Origin: Chloropicon primus
Taxonomy: Eukaryota
Assembly: GCA_023205875.1 (NCBI GenBank)
Contig: CP060762.1
Coordinates: forward strand, 186,001 to 250,000
Reading direction: 5' to 3'
Length of the DNA: 64,000 bases
Below the pieces are notes generated by a model. The model made no database searches, had not been told where the DNA came from, and was given only the letters and a program-made list of their open reading frames with translations. Position numbers and translations under genes: made by a program. This document shows positions 1 to 10,507 of this stretch, one piece after another. The number at the start of each line of letters is the position of its first letter. Position 1 is the stretch's first letter.

Positions 1-402
1 GCAGCTCGAGGAGGGCACCTTCACGTTCTGCAGTGGCTTCGAAGCCAGGACCCGCCTTGCCCTTGGAACAAGGCGACTTGTGATTGGGCAGCTCGAGGAG
101 GTCACCTTGATGTTCTGCAGTGGGCTCGAAGCCAGGACCCGCCTTGTGATTGGGGCGAGATGACTTGTGGATGGGCAGCTCAAGGAGGTTGGCTTGATAT
201 TCTCATGTGGCTCCGAAGCCAGGACCCGCCTTGCCCTTGGGACCCTGAGGAGATTTATGACACGGCAGATGAAGAAGGCCACCTTCACATCTTGCAGTGG
301 CTTCAGCTGGAGTTGCGTTTCGAACCGAGTTTAAGCGACGTGAGCTCCGGACGAAGCAGCGTGGAGGAGGACGAGGACGACGACTACACTGATGACGTCT
401 GA
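1..402 (+). CDS. Ankyrin-like repeat protein, 3' part (truncated by window start)
   Basis: Frame 1 is open from base 1 with 29-aa (87-nt) repeats AARGGHLxVLQWxRSQDPPCPW, then an acidic tail and TGA at 400-402. Confidence 0.8.
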   Translation, partial: AARGGHLHVLQWLRSQDPPCPWNKATCDWAARGGHLDVLQWARSQDPPCDWGEMTCGWAAQGGWLDILMWLRSQDPPCPWDPEEIYDTADEEGHLHILQWLQLELRFEPSLSDVSSGRSSVEEDEDDDYTDDV

Positions 403-523
403 TGTAATAAAGGAATCATCATCTCTCTTTGGCTTTGGCCTTGGCTGGGTGGGTTTCTTCGCGAGCGCTCGCGAGGAGATGGATGGATTGCGGGGCGCGA
501 GAGTCGATCCGGGCTCTGGAGAT

Positions 524-533
524 AAAAAAAAAA
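524..533 (-). terminator. Pol III oligo-T terminator of the 5S gene
   Basis: A10 run on the + strand immediately downstream of the 5S 3' end. Confidence 0.8.
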
Positions 534-537
534 GAAG

Positions 538-656
538 AACATACGCCACGAGAGATTCCCGTGTTGTCACCAACCACAGTACTGATCTCGCCCACACGCG
601 CTTGACTTCCGAGTTCTGATGGGATCGGGTATTTTCACGTAGGTATGAACGTATGA
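538..656 (-). rRNA. 5S rRNA gene (solitary copy)
   Basis: Minus strand reads TCATACGTTCATACC...CCCGATCCCATCAGAACTCGGAAGTCAAGC...AGTACT...; ~119 nt; terminal helix CATACGT/GCGTATG; oligo-T follows; TATA-like GTATATATAC ~25-30 nt upstream (679-688). Confidence 0.93.
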
Positions 657-763
657 TAAAGGAAGGTGCGAATTTCGCGTATATATACCCACCTTGTTCC
701 CCCTTCTCGCTGGCGGGGCGGGGGGGAAGAGCGCGCGCGGGAGAGACAGAGGGTCTGGGGTGG

Positions 764-1138
764 ATGGCGCACAGTGCGGGTTCGGAGTACTTGAAGGGCG
801 TGCTGGAGGATGGCGAGGCGGTGGTGAGGTTCGGTGAGGTGACCAAGAGGAAGGCTGGGATCGCGACTGGGGCGTTTACTTGCCAGAAGCGTCTTTTGGT
901 TCTCACGAGCAAGCCGAGACTGCTTTACTTCTGCGTCGATTCCAAGGTTTTCAAGGGAGAGCTTGACGAGGTCGTGACGTGCTACAAGAAGACCGAGACC
1001 AAGTTCGTGGTGAAGACGACGAAGAAGGAGAGGATCTTCGAGACGGGGGAGGACACCGGGGATCAGTCCGCCGATGCTTGGTGCACGCAGATAAGGTTCG
1101 ACTTTGCTGGAACGGAGCACTACGGGAGCCGCTATTGA
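764..1138 (+). CDS. Small stand-alone PH-domain protein (PDK1-type PH-like)
   Basis: GEVTKRK...KRLLVLTSKPRLLYF...KGEL...FVVKTTKKERIF...ADAWCTQI resembles the PDK1 PH domain; ATG at 764. Confidence 0.65.
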   Translation: MAHSAGSEYLKGVLEDGEAVVRFGEVTKRKAGIATGAFTCQKRLLVLTSKPRLLYFCVDSKVFKGELDEVVTCYKKTETKFVVKTTKKERIFETGEDTGDQSADAWCTQIRFDFAGTEHYGSRY

Positions 1139-1184
1139 CCGATTTGCGGGACCTCTTCTTGCATCTTTTGTTGTTGTGTGTTTG

Positions 1185-1799
1185 ATGATGACGCCGACGA
1201 CGGAGTTCTCGGACGGGGAGGAGGGGTTCATGAGGCTCGCGCTGGCGGAGGCGACCAAGGCGTTCGGGGAGGGGGAGATTCCGGTGGGGTGCGTCCTGGT
1301 TAGGGGGGGGGAGGTCGTCGGCAGGGGGGGGAACAAGACGAACGAGAGCAGGAACGGGAGCCGGCACTGCGAGATGGAAGCGATCGACGAGGTCCTGGGG
1401 AAGTTCGAGGCCGGATCGTTGGAGGTGGGTTCCGACTGCGCCATGTCCAAGTTCTGGTCGGAGGTCGACCTTTACGTGACCTGCGAGCCTTGCATCATGT
1501 GCGCCGGGGCGATCTCCCTCATGGGAATCAAGAACGTTTACTACGGTTGCTCCAACGACAAGTTCGGGGGCTGCGGGTCCGTGCACCCCGTGTCCGACCA
1601 AGGCTGCGGGACCTGCGGCGGGGGGGAGGAGCGCTTCGGCGCGGAGAACGTGAGGAGCTTCAGGTGCAGGAAAGGCCTTTTCGCGGAGGAAGCCATCGCG
1701 ATGCTGCAAGACTTTTACCTCAGGGGGAACGCGAGGGCGCCGAAGCCTCACAGGAAGGTCCTGTGGATGGATCGCAGGGAACAGCAGCAGGAGCACTGA
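1185..1799 (+). CDS. TAD2: tRNA-specific adenosine deaminase (TAD2/ADAT2-like)
   Basis: FMRLALAEA, EIPVGCVLV, HCE and TCEPCIMC Zn motifs, N(D)KFGGCGS. Confidence 0.9.
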   Translation: MMTPTTEFSDGEEGFMRLALAEATKAFGEGEIPVGCVLVRGGEVVGRGGNKTNESRNGSRHCEMEAIDEVLGKFEAGSLEVGSDCAMSKFWSEVDLYVTCEPCIMCAGAISLMGIKNVYYGCSNDKFGGCGSVHPVSDQGCGTCGGGEERFGAENVRSFRCRKGLFAEEAIAMLQDFYLRGNARAPKPHRKVLWMDRREQQQEH

Positions 1800-1906
1800 C
1801 CAGCGGTCGAGTGCGTGTGCATCTTTTGTTTTTGGGGTGAAATCTATTTATTTTGAGGAAGAGTCTCTCTCTCTCCCTAAGGTCGACGGACTGTCTTCTT
1901 CTCTGC

Positions 1907-1947
<41 letters not shown>

Positions 1948-2073
1948 TGCGTGTCGATGCGTGCGATAGTCGATCTATCTAAAGCCTAGTAGTTTTCAAG
2001 ATTAATAAGTTTGTTACGCGCAAACCCAAGATACGTGCGGTGTGGTTCTTATTCTTATACAGTTAGGAAATCT

Positions 2074-2731
2074 TCACGACCTTGGCTTCTCCTTCTTCTC
2101 CTTGAAGAGCGCCAAGAGGGCGACACCAGCGACCTTGACAATCTTGAAACGAACTCCGGGGATATCTCCCACGGCGTGTCCCCTTCTTCCGAATCCAGAC
2201 ACAAGAACCTCGTCGTTCTCGTCGATGTAGTTCAAGCAACCGTCATGAGGAACGAAGGCAGCGATCTTCTTTCCGTTCTTGATGAGCTGCACCCTGGCGC
2301 ACTTACGGATAGCAGAGTTAGGCTGCTTGGCCTCGATTCCGATCTTCTCGATCACGATGCCCTTACTGTGCGAGCATCCGGCGAATGGCTTCTTCCACTC
2401 ACTGCCGATGTTCGCCTTCTTGTAGTCCTTGTCTGCCCACAACTGCGACTTTCTGTGCAGACGGAGCTTACGTCCGGCTCCAAGTCCACGCGTTTTACTG
2501 CAAAGGAAAGAAAGAAAGAAAGAAAACAGCCGAGTCAGAAAACAAGCTCTTCTCCATCCCAACAAACCCCAACACAACAAACAAGGGATGCCAACAACAA
2601 CAACAACGACAAACGACGACGACAACGACGACGAAAGAAAAGAAAAGAAAAGAAAAGAAAAGAAAGGTGTCCTCCTCCTTCTCCTCGTCGTCGTCTTCGT
2701 CTTCTTCGCCCTTCGTGCGGACTTACCCCAT
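2074..2731 (-). CDS. RPS23: 40S ribosomal protein S23 (uS12); exons 2731-2727 and 2497-2074
   Basis: ATGGG|GTAAGT donor and TTGCAG|TAAAACG acceptor give [13 protein letters not shown]...[11 protein letters not shown]...KEKPRS, 142 aa. Confidence 0.97.
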
Positions 2732-2882
2732 GTTCTTCGGCTCTTGGTCTTGGTCTCCTCAAAGGAATCGACTCGAGTCTCCTGCTCTGTGTCGCGGCTT
2801 CTCTCCGATCGACGAAATTCTTTCTCTTTCGTCGCCGCCGCCGCCTTTGGAAATGTTGCTCCCCTTCCCGAAGGGAAAATGT

Positions 2883-3053
2883 TCGTACTTCACATTTGAA
2901 ATACAAGTGGAGTACATCACGCTTAGTAAGGAAGTTAGAATTGAATTTCGGAAAGGTTGGAAACGTTTGGATTTGGTCGTACTTCACATTTGAAGTTAAT
3001 CTCGTGTAGGGTTTCCCGTGTGAGTGAGTTAGAATTTAATTTTGGAAAGGTTG
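2883..3053. repeat. Imperfect 94-nt-period direct repeat in the RPS23/eIF4B divergent promoter, containing a telo-box
   Basis: TCGTACTTCACATTTGAA at 2883 and 2977; AGTTAGAATT.AATTT.GGAAAGGTTG at 2933 and 3027; TAGGGTTT at 3007-3014. Confidence 0.8.
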
Positions 3054-3361
3054 CAGCCGCCACATACGTCTCTCGCCAAATCACCCAGGGGAACCGAAAC
3101 CGAGGAAGAGAGAGAAAGCGCCAAGAGAAGAGCGGCGGACGTGGTGCGCTGCAAGACCGTGTGTCGAGGCTCTAGACGGAGAAGACAATTGAACACAACC
3201 GTAACCCGAATCAGGTGACAGATCGTTTCGCGATCTTTCGATCGATACCAGCCTTGCTTTGTCTCGGGGGCGTCCTCGCTCTCGAACCAAAGCGCATTTG
3301 TTTTGATTGGTTTCTTGAGCAAGGAGATTGGAAGGAAGCTCTGTAGTTTGCATTGAGGAGG

Positions 3362-4582
3362 ATGTGGGCAGACGACGACGATCACGACGAGCCGAGGGCG
3401 CAGGGTCCCCCCGTGTCTCGCTTCGGTAACGCCTCGGACGACGTTTACAAGACCGCGCCGGTGTACACGCAGCAGTCCCCGTCGAGGAGGGACAACAGGA
3501 GGGGAGAGAGGGAGGAGAGGAGGGGTGGAGGAGGAGGAGGAGGTGGTGGCGGCGGTGGTGGTGGCGGTGGCGGTGGCGGTGGAGGGTACAGGGACAACTT
3601 CTCGTCCAGCTTCTCGTCCAACTTCTCGTCCAACCGAGGAGGTGGCAGGGGGTACCAGCAAGACGAGCAGCGCCCCGTTCCGGAGAGGCCGCCCTTCACC
3701 GCTTTCGTGGGGAACATACCGTACGAGTTGCAGGACAAGGACGTGGAGGACCTCTTCGCGTCCTGCGGTGCGATCCAGGAGGTGAGGATCAGCCGCTGGA
3801 GAGACAGCGACAGGGCGAAGGGCGTGTTCGTGCAGTTCGAGGAGAAGGAGTCCCTCGTCAAGGCCTTGGAGAAGAACGGAGAGATGTACGAGGGCAGGCC
3901 CCTTCGACTTTCCGTGGCCGCGGAGAGGAGCAGAGACTTTGAGCGCGGAAGGGACAGGAGCTGGTCCGGAGGCACCGTGGGCATGAACAAGGGGTACGGG
4001 AAGGCCCACTACAACGAGAGGAGGGGGGACAGCTACAGGAGCAGCCACAGCCACCAGGACAAGCCGCCGCCGGCCTCTTTCGCCGAGGCCGACGCGGCGT
4101 CCCTGGCCTCCAGGCCAAAGCTCAACCTCAAGCCGAGGAGCGTCCCCGTCGGCGGGAGCAAGCCGTCGGCCGGCGGCGGCTCTAGCAGCATCTTCGGGTC
4201 GGCCAGGCCGGTCGACAGCTCCAAGAAGCTCGAGGAGGTCGAGAACAAGATCAGCCAGGAGAAGGAGAAGATCAAGCAGGAGGTGGAGGCCTCCACGACT
4301 GCGGCCAACGCTGGTGAGGGCGCCGCGAAGGGAGGAAGAGACAGCACCGCCCAGATGGGAGGCGGGTTCAAGAGGACTTACAACGCCGCGAAGGAAAAGA
4401 AGGACGGGTTCGAGAACTTCTCCAGGTCGGGTCCCAAGTCCAACGCGAGCGCCGCCGCGTCGGACGGCTTTGTGCAGCCAAAGCACGTGCAGAGGTCCGC
4501 CAAGGAGGAGGAGGCCAAGGAGGAGGCCAAGGTCGAGAAATCCGTCAATGCCTTCGACTTGCTCAACATGGACGACGAGTGA
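3362..4582 (+). CDS. eIF4B-like RRM protein
   Basis: WADDDD N-terminus, RRM (PPFTAFVGNIPY...KGVFVQFE...GRPLRLSVA), RPKLNLKPRS, SIFGSARPVD, C-terminal NAFDLL. Confidence 0.85.
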   Translation: MWADDDDHDEPRAQGPPVSRFGNASDDVYKTAPVYTQQSPSRRDNRRGEREERRGGGGGGGGGGGGGGGGGGGGGYRDNFSSSFSSNFSSNRGGGRGYQQDEQRPVPERPPFTAFVGNIPYELQDKDVEDLFASCGAIQEVRISRWRDSDRAKGVFVQFEEKESLVKALEKNGEMYEGRPLRLSVAAERSRDFERGRDRSWSGGTVGMNKGYGKAHYNERRGDSYRSSHSHQDKPPPASFAEADAASLASRPKLNLKPRSVPVGGSKPSAGGGSSSIFGSARPVDSSKKLEEVENKISQEKEKIKQEVEASTTAANAGEGAAKGGRDSTAQMGGGFKRTYNAAKEKKDGFENFSRSGPKSNASAAASDGFVQPKHVQRSAKEEEAKEEAKVEKSVNAFDLLNMDDE

Positions 4583-5519
4583 AGCGGGGCGAAGCGAAGC
4601 GTGCGTCCTGTTCTAAGGAAACTATTATGAGACTTCAGCAGCACCACACACAAACACAGCGAGAGGGTGTGTGTGCGCCAATTTTTAAAGCTATAATCAC
4701 ATCATCCCACGGGAGACAACCAATCAAACGGACGAACGAACGAACGAACGACGGCCTCCACATGACTGAATTGTCGGTCCTTCCCTCTCCCTCTCCCTTC
4801 ACATTTTGCCTTCTGATCTGATTGATCCAACAAGGCAAGATAGAGAGTCAGAGATACAGCCGGTCGGGTGTGCTGGATCGCACCCTCTCCCCTTGCCCTT
4901 CACCCCCCCACACCAACAAGTCCTTGCTCCTGATGAGGATGGCTCCATCCTGTCCATCAGAAAAGAGAGAAACAGTGTGTAAGTGCATGAGAGAGAGAGA
5001 GAGAGAGAGAAACAGTCGAGTCGGGTGGTGCCCTGTCCTCCTCCTCCCCCTGCCTGCGCTGCATTGCCATTCATTCTTCCAAAAGTCCATCAACCTTGAG
5101 GATTCCTCATTCAACCTTGGGAGCTCCTCAACGCATCGCCATCCAAAATGCAAAAGTGACAAGACAACGCAGTAGTAGTAGCGGATCTCGGGCAAAGGCG
5201 CGACGGCGACGGACTTTGCAGAGGGCTACGTTCGAGGAAGAGCGCGAGAGGGTTACGAGGTTCGAATTACGACGAAGCTTGTCTCGCGAGCTTTCGATTG
5301 ATACCTTGGTTGGATAGGTTTGGTCCAGGAAGAAGCCTGGCTCGCGACGACAAGACGGCAGTGGGGGTGGCGACGCTCTGCGGAAGGGGAAGAGGTCGAG
5401 GGGAAGAGGTCGAGGGGAGGCAGCTCCTCGCCGGGCAGAGCATCGCGCAAGCTTTCGATTGGTCTAATCGAACATTCTCGGTTGGATAGGTTTGGTCTCG
5501 ATACAAGGTTTGGGTTGGG

Positions 5520-6551
5520 ATGGTGGCCGAGCACCCGTTCAAGCGGGTCGAGAACGACGACCACGAGTTCGTGAGCGAGACGAAGGGGGCGCCCGTGGCG
5601 AAGTCCCCCGCCGGTCCGATGGACAGGAGCGGGCTGGCGAGCCCCGCTCAGAGCGAGAAGGATTCCATGATACACTCGAGCGTGAGAAGCGTGAACTTGA
5701 CGCTCAACATTGAGTCGTCCTCGTCGGACGGCGGGGAGGTCGGGAAGAAGAAGAAGAAGTCGAAGAAGAGAGGGGGCGACGGCAAGTCGAAAGGCGGGAT
5801 CTTGGACTTCATCACGTCGTGCTGCTTCGCGAACCCGCAGGACTCTGTGGACTCGTTCGGCCACGACAGCAACAGGTGGAGCTCGAGGAGCCCCGACGAG
5901 GTCAGGGCTCAAAGGCTGTTCTCCAGGAACCCGTCGACTCCAAGGAGGGAGCAGCTCACGAATTTCAGCGATGTGAACAGGACGTACAGCACCAACCACA
6001 CCCACTTCATGCTCCCGCCTCAGTCTGGGGACGAGATAGGAAAGAAGACCCTTGTCCTGGATCTGGACGAGACTTTGGTCCACTCGAGCTTCGAGTACCT
6101 CGAGGACGCGGACCTGGTGCTTCCCGTGGAGGTGCAGGGCATCATGCAAGAAGTTTACGTGAGGAAAAGGCCTGGCCTGGACAAGTTTTTGGAGTTTGTC
6201 GGGGAGCACTACGAGGTCGGGGTCTTCACGGCGTCCGTGATCAAGTACGCCGACGCGGTCCTGGACAGGATAGACCCGGGGAAGGTTGTGAAGTGGAGGC
6301 TGTTCAGGGAAAGCTGCTGCCAAACCAACGAGGGTTATTACGTAAAGGACTTGGGGTGCTTGGGCAGGCCTCTGGAGGACACCATCATCATAGACAACTC
6401 CCCCCACTCGTACTTGTTCCACCCCGAGAACGCGATTGGAATCAAGAGCTTCATAGATGACAGGGACGATAACCACTTGGTGGATCTCCTCCCTTTCCTG
6501 CACGAGGCGACGACAGCGAAAGATGTCCGGGAGGCTCTCAGGAGCTTGTAG
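5520..6551 (+). CDS. CTD small phosphatase-like protein (SCP/FCP1 family HAD)
   Basis: KKTLVLDLDETLVHS, VYVRKRPG, FTAS..KYAD, YVKDL..LGR, IIIDNSP. Confidence 0.92.
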   Translation: MVAEHPFKRVENDDHEFVSETKGAPVAKSPAGPMDRSGLASPAQSEKDSMIHSSVRSVNLTLNIESSSSDGGEVGKKKKKSKKRGGDGKSKGGILDFITSCCFANPQDSVDSFGHDSNRWSSRSPDEVRAQRLFSRNPSTPRREQLTNFSDVNRTYSTNHTHFMLPPQSGDEIGKKTLVLDLDETLVHSSFEYLEDADLVLPVEVQGIMQEVYVRKRPGLDKFLEFVGEHYEVGVFTASVIKYADAVLDRIDPGKVVKWRLFRESCCQTNEGYYVKDLGCLGRPLEDTIIIDNSPHSYLFHPENAIGIKSFIDDRDDNHLVDLLPFLHEATTAKDVREALRSL

Positions 6552-6692
6552 CCAAGATCGGATGGGTCCGAACGTTTGCGGTGCTTTCTTTTCTTTCCTT
6601 TTGGCACGCACTCGTTTCGTTCGTCTTGGTTTGGGGATGCGATTTTTTTATATTTTGGTAACCACCCTAAACTACTGGTAACAAAAAAACGT

Positions 6693-8240
6693 TCAAAAAT
6701 GGTTTAAAGGTACAGGAGCGTCGTTGAGCTCAAAGTCTTCAAACAGCTTCATATCCAGCCGCACCGAGTCCTTGGAGCACTCGCACGGCTTGGCCTTGGC
6801 ACCGATCTCGATCCATTTTTGTGTCGCAAAGTTGGTGCTCTCGGCGCAGTTGAACCCGCAATTGAACCCCGCGTGATACGCCCCAGGGAAGTTGATTACC
6901 CATTCGTTCTCCCTCTGCACGAACTTCACCAGAGGGACCGCTTCGGCCTTGAGGATGGCGGGGCTGGCCAGCAATTCCTTGTGCCGCAAGAACTCGCTGC
7001 AATGCATGAAGAGCTCTGGCACGCTTGACCGCATCGCGGACTCGAACTTCCTTCTGTGCCTTGGCGGGACACAATACCACACCTTTGGGGCACCAAAGTG
7101 GAGGTAGTTGACGCTGTAGAGGTCCACGTCCTCGGTGTGCCAGGCAAAGAAACTCCTGTACATTCCAAAGTAGAGGTAAGGAGAGATCACCCCCGGGATT
7201 TCCAACTTCTTCTTTCCCCTGCCCTTCCTCTTGCCCTTCGTTTCTGGGTCGCACGACTTCTTTTGGCTTGCCTTCTCTTTCTCTTTCTTCTCCCTCTTTG
7301 CGTTCTCGGAATTAATGAACTTGTAGAGGACCTTTGACAAAATTGTATCCAAGTTCCTGATGTCCCAACGGCCAAAGGTCGTCTCTTCCCCTTCCCGCAA
7401 CTCGTCGAACAGGGACCCCTCCACGTCGGCACCGTACAGGGGTGGCTGGTACGTCACGTTCTTCCAGAAATGTCTCTCTATCGCATCGAGGTCAAAGCCG
7501 TCTTCGCCCTTCCTGGGTGGCTGCTTTTCCTTGCTGTCGGCCAAGGGCTTGAACTGGCTTCCGACGTGCATGGGCTTCTGCTCTACCAGAACCGTCCTGT
7601 AGACCCCCTTCCTGCCGGTGGCGTGCTGCCTGATAGCTTTCTCGATCACCAGGTCGTCCGCTCTCTCCCTCAGGATCTCGGTCCGGCGCTCGAAGAAGCC
7701 GGGTTCGACGACCTCCAGTTCACCCCCTCCGGAAGACTCCCTTCTCTGCCTCTTGGGCCCCTCTTTGTCTCGGCCGCTCGCCGTGGAGCAAGGGGACCAG
7801 CCCGGTGGTGGAACTACTTTGCCAATCCCAAACCTCTCCAGCACGGGCTCGATGAGCGTGATGAAGTCCTCAAAGGGCCCCCTGCAAACCACGAAGGAGA
7901 AGAGCAAGACAGCAGCAGAGGAGTGTCTTGTTAGGCGGGTTCTATTCAGGGGAAAGAGAGAGAGAGAGAGAGAGGGAAGAGAATCGGGACGAGAGGGACG
8001 AAAGACGCCTGCCTGATCGCCTGCTTACCTCGTGTGGGCCTCTTCTGGGTAGAACACGGGCACGCTGATACATCCGCCAGAGAGCTTCCCCGTCTCCACC
8101 TCGTTCTCTCCTTCGCTTTCGGAGGAGCTGTGCTCCCCGCTTTCAATTCCTGGCGCCACGAACGATCCATCAGGCTTCTCAAACCTGTAACGCACGCCGT
8201 TCACCTCGCCGTAACCGCAAGCGTGCTTCCCTTCCACCAT
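6693..8240 (-). CDS. JmjN+JmjC histone demethylase (KDM4/Rph1-like); exons 8240-8029 and 7881-6693
   Basis: JmjN VPVFYP...FGIGKVVPPPGW reconstituted across a GTAAGC..GCAG intron; JmjC YLYFGM..FAWHTED..YSVNYLHFGAPKVWY..YHAGFNCGFNCAESTNFA. Confidence 0.92.
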
Positions 8241-8401
8241 CGTCCTCCAAATCCTCCTCCTCTCGGCGTTCGTTGTTGTTCCGTTCCTCCTCGAACAAAC
8301 AAAAACAAAAACGAAAACGAAAACGAACGCGCAACAACGCAGCGGAGGAGAGAACGAACGAGAACGAGACCTTGCCGCTTCCTCAACTCCACGCCGTCCT
8401 C

Positions 8402-8432
<31 letters not shown>

Positions 8433-8477
8433 GCGACGTTCTGCTTCGAGACGCCAACAGAAAAAGTGAAAAGACTT

Positions 8478-8702
8478 GAGCTGCGCGCGATTGATTGGTT
8501 GCTTCGGAGGGACCGGCGAGCGGCGATGACGAAGGAGTGAGCGGAGGAGGTCCAGACAGAAGGCTGCGTCATCTCGAGAGCTTTCCATCGCTGGGTCGGT
8601 AGAAGGATTTGACCCACGGAGTGGTCGAGGGTGTCGAATTGGAGCGACGCAGTTGCCACCGAGGCAACAACTGAGGGGCACGAAGGGGGGAAGCAGAGGG
8701 GG
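8478..8702. repeat. 225-bp duplicated intergenic segment, copy 1
   Basis: Matches 10508-10732 with 2 substitutions. Confidence 0.95.
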
Positions 8703-8843
8703 TAGAGGTTTGGGAGGAGTTCAGGAGGTTCGATTGCGAGGACGTACATCTCGAGGTCTTTCGATTGATTGGTCGTTTGCTCGGTGCTGTGACCCGAGTC
8801 TCGGTTGAGGTTGGAGTGAAGCAGGGGAGGAGCAAGCAGTGGG

Positions 8844-9500
8844 ATGGGGAGCGGGAAGAGGAAGAGGCCTTACTCGAGGCCGAGGAAGGGGAGCGCGGAG
8901 GAGAAGGCGGTGGAGAAGGCGGTGGAGAAGGACGAGGGGAAAAAGGAGCTGAGTGCGGAGGAAGAGCACCTCCGAGAGAGGCAGAGGAAGCTGAGAGAGA
9001 TAGCTTTGCGGGAGAGGGCCAATGGGAGGGAGTACAAGAAGGCAAAGTGGAGGCGAACGATACAGAAGACTCCGAGGAAGGACGTGAAGAGGGACAGGAA
9101 GGGCATCGTCCCTGATGTCGTCATCGTTCCAATCGCGTGGAAGGAGAGGAAGGAAGAGTGCGAGAGCATCTTCAACGCGTGCAGAGACCTTCAGAGGGGA
9201 ATGAGGAAGGCGGGGGTGCAGTGCACTCTGGACGACAACAACGAGTTCATGCCCGGGACCAAGTTCAAGTACTGGGAGCAGAGGGGCGTCAAGGTCAGAG
9301 TGGAGCTGGGCCCGAGGGATTTCAGGCAGCATTTGATCACCATAGCGACGACGAGCGTCCCCGGGAAGCTTGCGGACAAGCAGACGATCAAGCACATCTC
9401 GGAGCAGCAAGTCGCAGACCACGTGAAGCGAGTGCTCAAGACGGTCAACGAGCAAGTGGAGGCGGAAGAGAGCAAGAAGCACGTCAAGTTCGACGCATAA
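8844..9500 (+). CDS. Basic N-terminus plus stand-alone ProRS-type anticodon-binding domain protein
   Basis: DVVIVPI...AGVQCTLDDNNEFMPGTKFKYWEQRGVKVRVELGPRD resembles the class IIa aaRS anticodon domain; no catalytic domain. Confidence 0.75.
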   Translation: MGSGKRKRPYSRPRKGSAEEKAVEKAVEKDEGKKELSAEEEHLRERQRKLREIALRERANGREYKKAKWRRTIQKTPRKDVKRDRKGIVPDVVIVPIAWKERKEECESIFNACRDLQRGMRKAGVQCTLDDNNEFMPGTKFKYWEQRGVKVRVELGPRDFRQHLITIATTSVPGKLADKQTIKHISEQQVADHVKRVLKTVNEQVEAEESKKHVKFDA

Positions 9501-9523
9501 TTGTACACAAAATCATTTATTAT

Positions 9524-10246
9524 TCATTCTTCTCCGCGCCGGTGGTGTCTCCTCCTCGTCCCCTTGGACGACTCACTCCCCCTGTGACTCCGGTGGTGGT
9601 GGTGGCGGTGTTTCTTGCGCTTTCTTCTTCTCTTGTGGCCATCCTCGCCGCCGTCGTTGCCCCCGCCGTCCTGGCCGTCCTCGTCGTCGTCACACAGAAG
9701 TATCTGCTGGTTTTCGTCCCCCTCGGCCCCGCCGCCCCTTATCGGTTCCCGCTCGTACTCGTGCCTGAGCTCGTACTTGCTGTCCACGCTGCTCCGCAGA
9801 GAGGGCGGGGGCGCAACTCCGTCAGCCTCTGGCCGGTCCTTCCTCAACCAGATTGGAACAGGGTTCGGATTCTTCAGAGAGCTCCCTGCCGACGTTCCCG
9901 AGCCACGCCTCTTCGAGTCCTTCTCCTTCTCCTTGTCCTGCTGCCTCTCCTTCTCCCTCTCCAGGGCAACCTTCTTCTCCGCCTCATCCAAACCCGCAGG
10001 ACGGGCGTACATGAACGACAGCGCGACCTTCCCTTCGGCAAGGGCCTTGGCGCGCTTGTCCCGATGCAGCAAGCTCGCCCTCTTCAGCTTATCACTCTCT
10101 CTCTCTAGTTCCACTGCCCTCTCCTTACTCCTCTTCTCTTCCTCCGCTGCCCTCGCCTCCGCCTCCTGGACCCTCTCCCTCGCCCTCTTCCCTCCCGTGT
10201 GCCACGACTTCCCGTTCAGGAACGAAAGCGGCCCTCCTCCCCCCAT
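9524..10246 (-). CDS. CIR1/CWC25-like N-terminal domain splicing-associated protein
   Basis: MGGGGPLSFLNGKSWHTG..RARERV and LSFMYARPAG motifs; basic/His-rich tail. Confidence 0.75.
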   Translation of the reverse strand: MGGGGPLSFLNGKSWHTGGKRARERVQEAEARAAEEEKRSKERAVELERESDKLKRASLLHRDKRAKALAEGKVALSFMYARPAGLDEAEKKVALEREKERQQDKEKEKDSKRRGSGTSAGSSLKNPNPVPIWLRKDRPEADGVAPPPSLRSSVDSKYELRHEYEREPIRGGGAEGDENQQILLCDDDEDGQDGGGNDGGEDGHKRRRKRKKHRHHHHRSHRGSESSKGTRRRHHRRGEE

Positions 10247-10507
10247 CCTCTCCCCCTCTCTCCTCCTCGGCCGTCTCTCCTCCTCCTCCTCGGCCTGTCT
10301 CTCCTCCTTCCCTTCCTCACCACTGGCTCGCTCCCTTCGAGTGAGGGCTCGTTCGAAAGAGCAGGACAAGACGATCAAGACAATCAAGACGATCCTGTCC
10401 CTCCCACCCGCTTCCTCCCCTTCCTCCGCTCCAGCCGCGCGATGTCCTCGTCGTCCCTCCTCTCTCTCTCTCTCTCTCTCTCTCAAGCTCTGCAGACTCG
10501 AAGGAAG

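Noticed and set aside
1136..1185. Selenocysteine or stop readthrough fusing the PH ORF to TAD2
   Set aside because: The two ORFs are in different frames and no SECIS was recognised
4930..4965. CTGATGA followed by a hairpin and a later GAAA, resembling a hammerhead ribozyme core
   Set aside because: GAAA does not directly follow stem II, and no stem I/III with an NUH site can be built
4635..5317. Short ORFs between the eIF4B-like and SCP genes
   Set aside because: They run through microsatellites and show no coding bias or motifs
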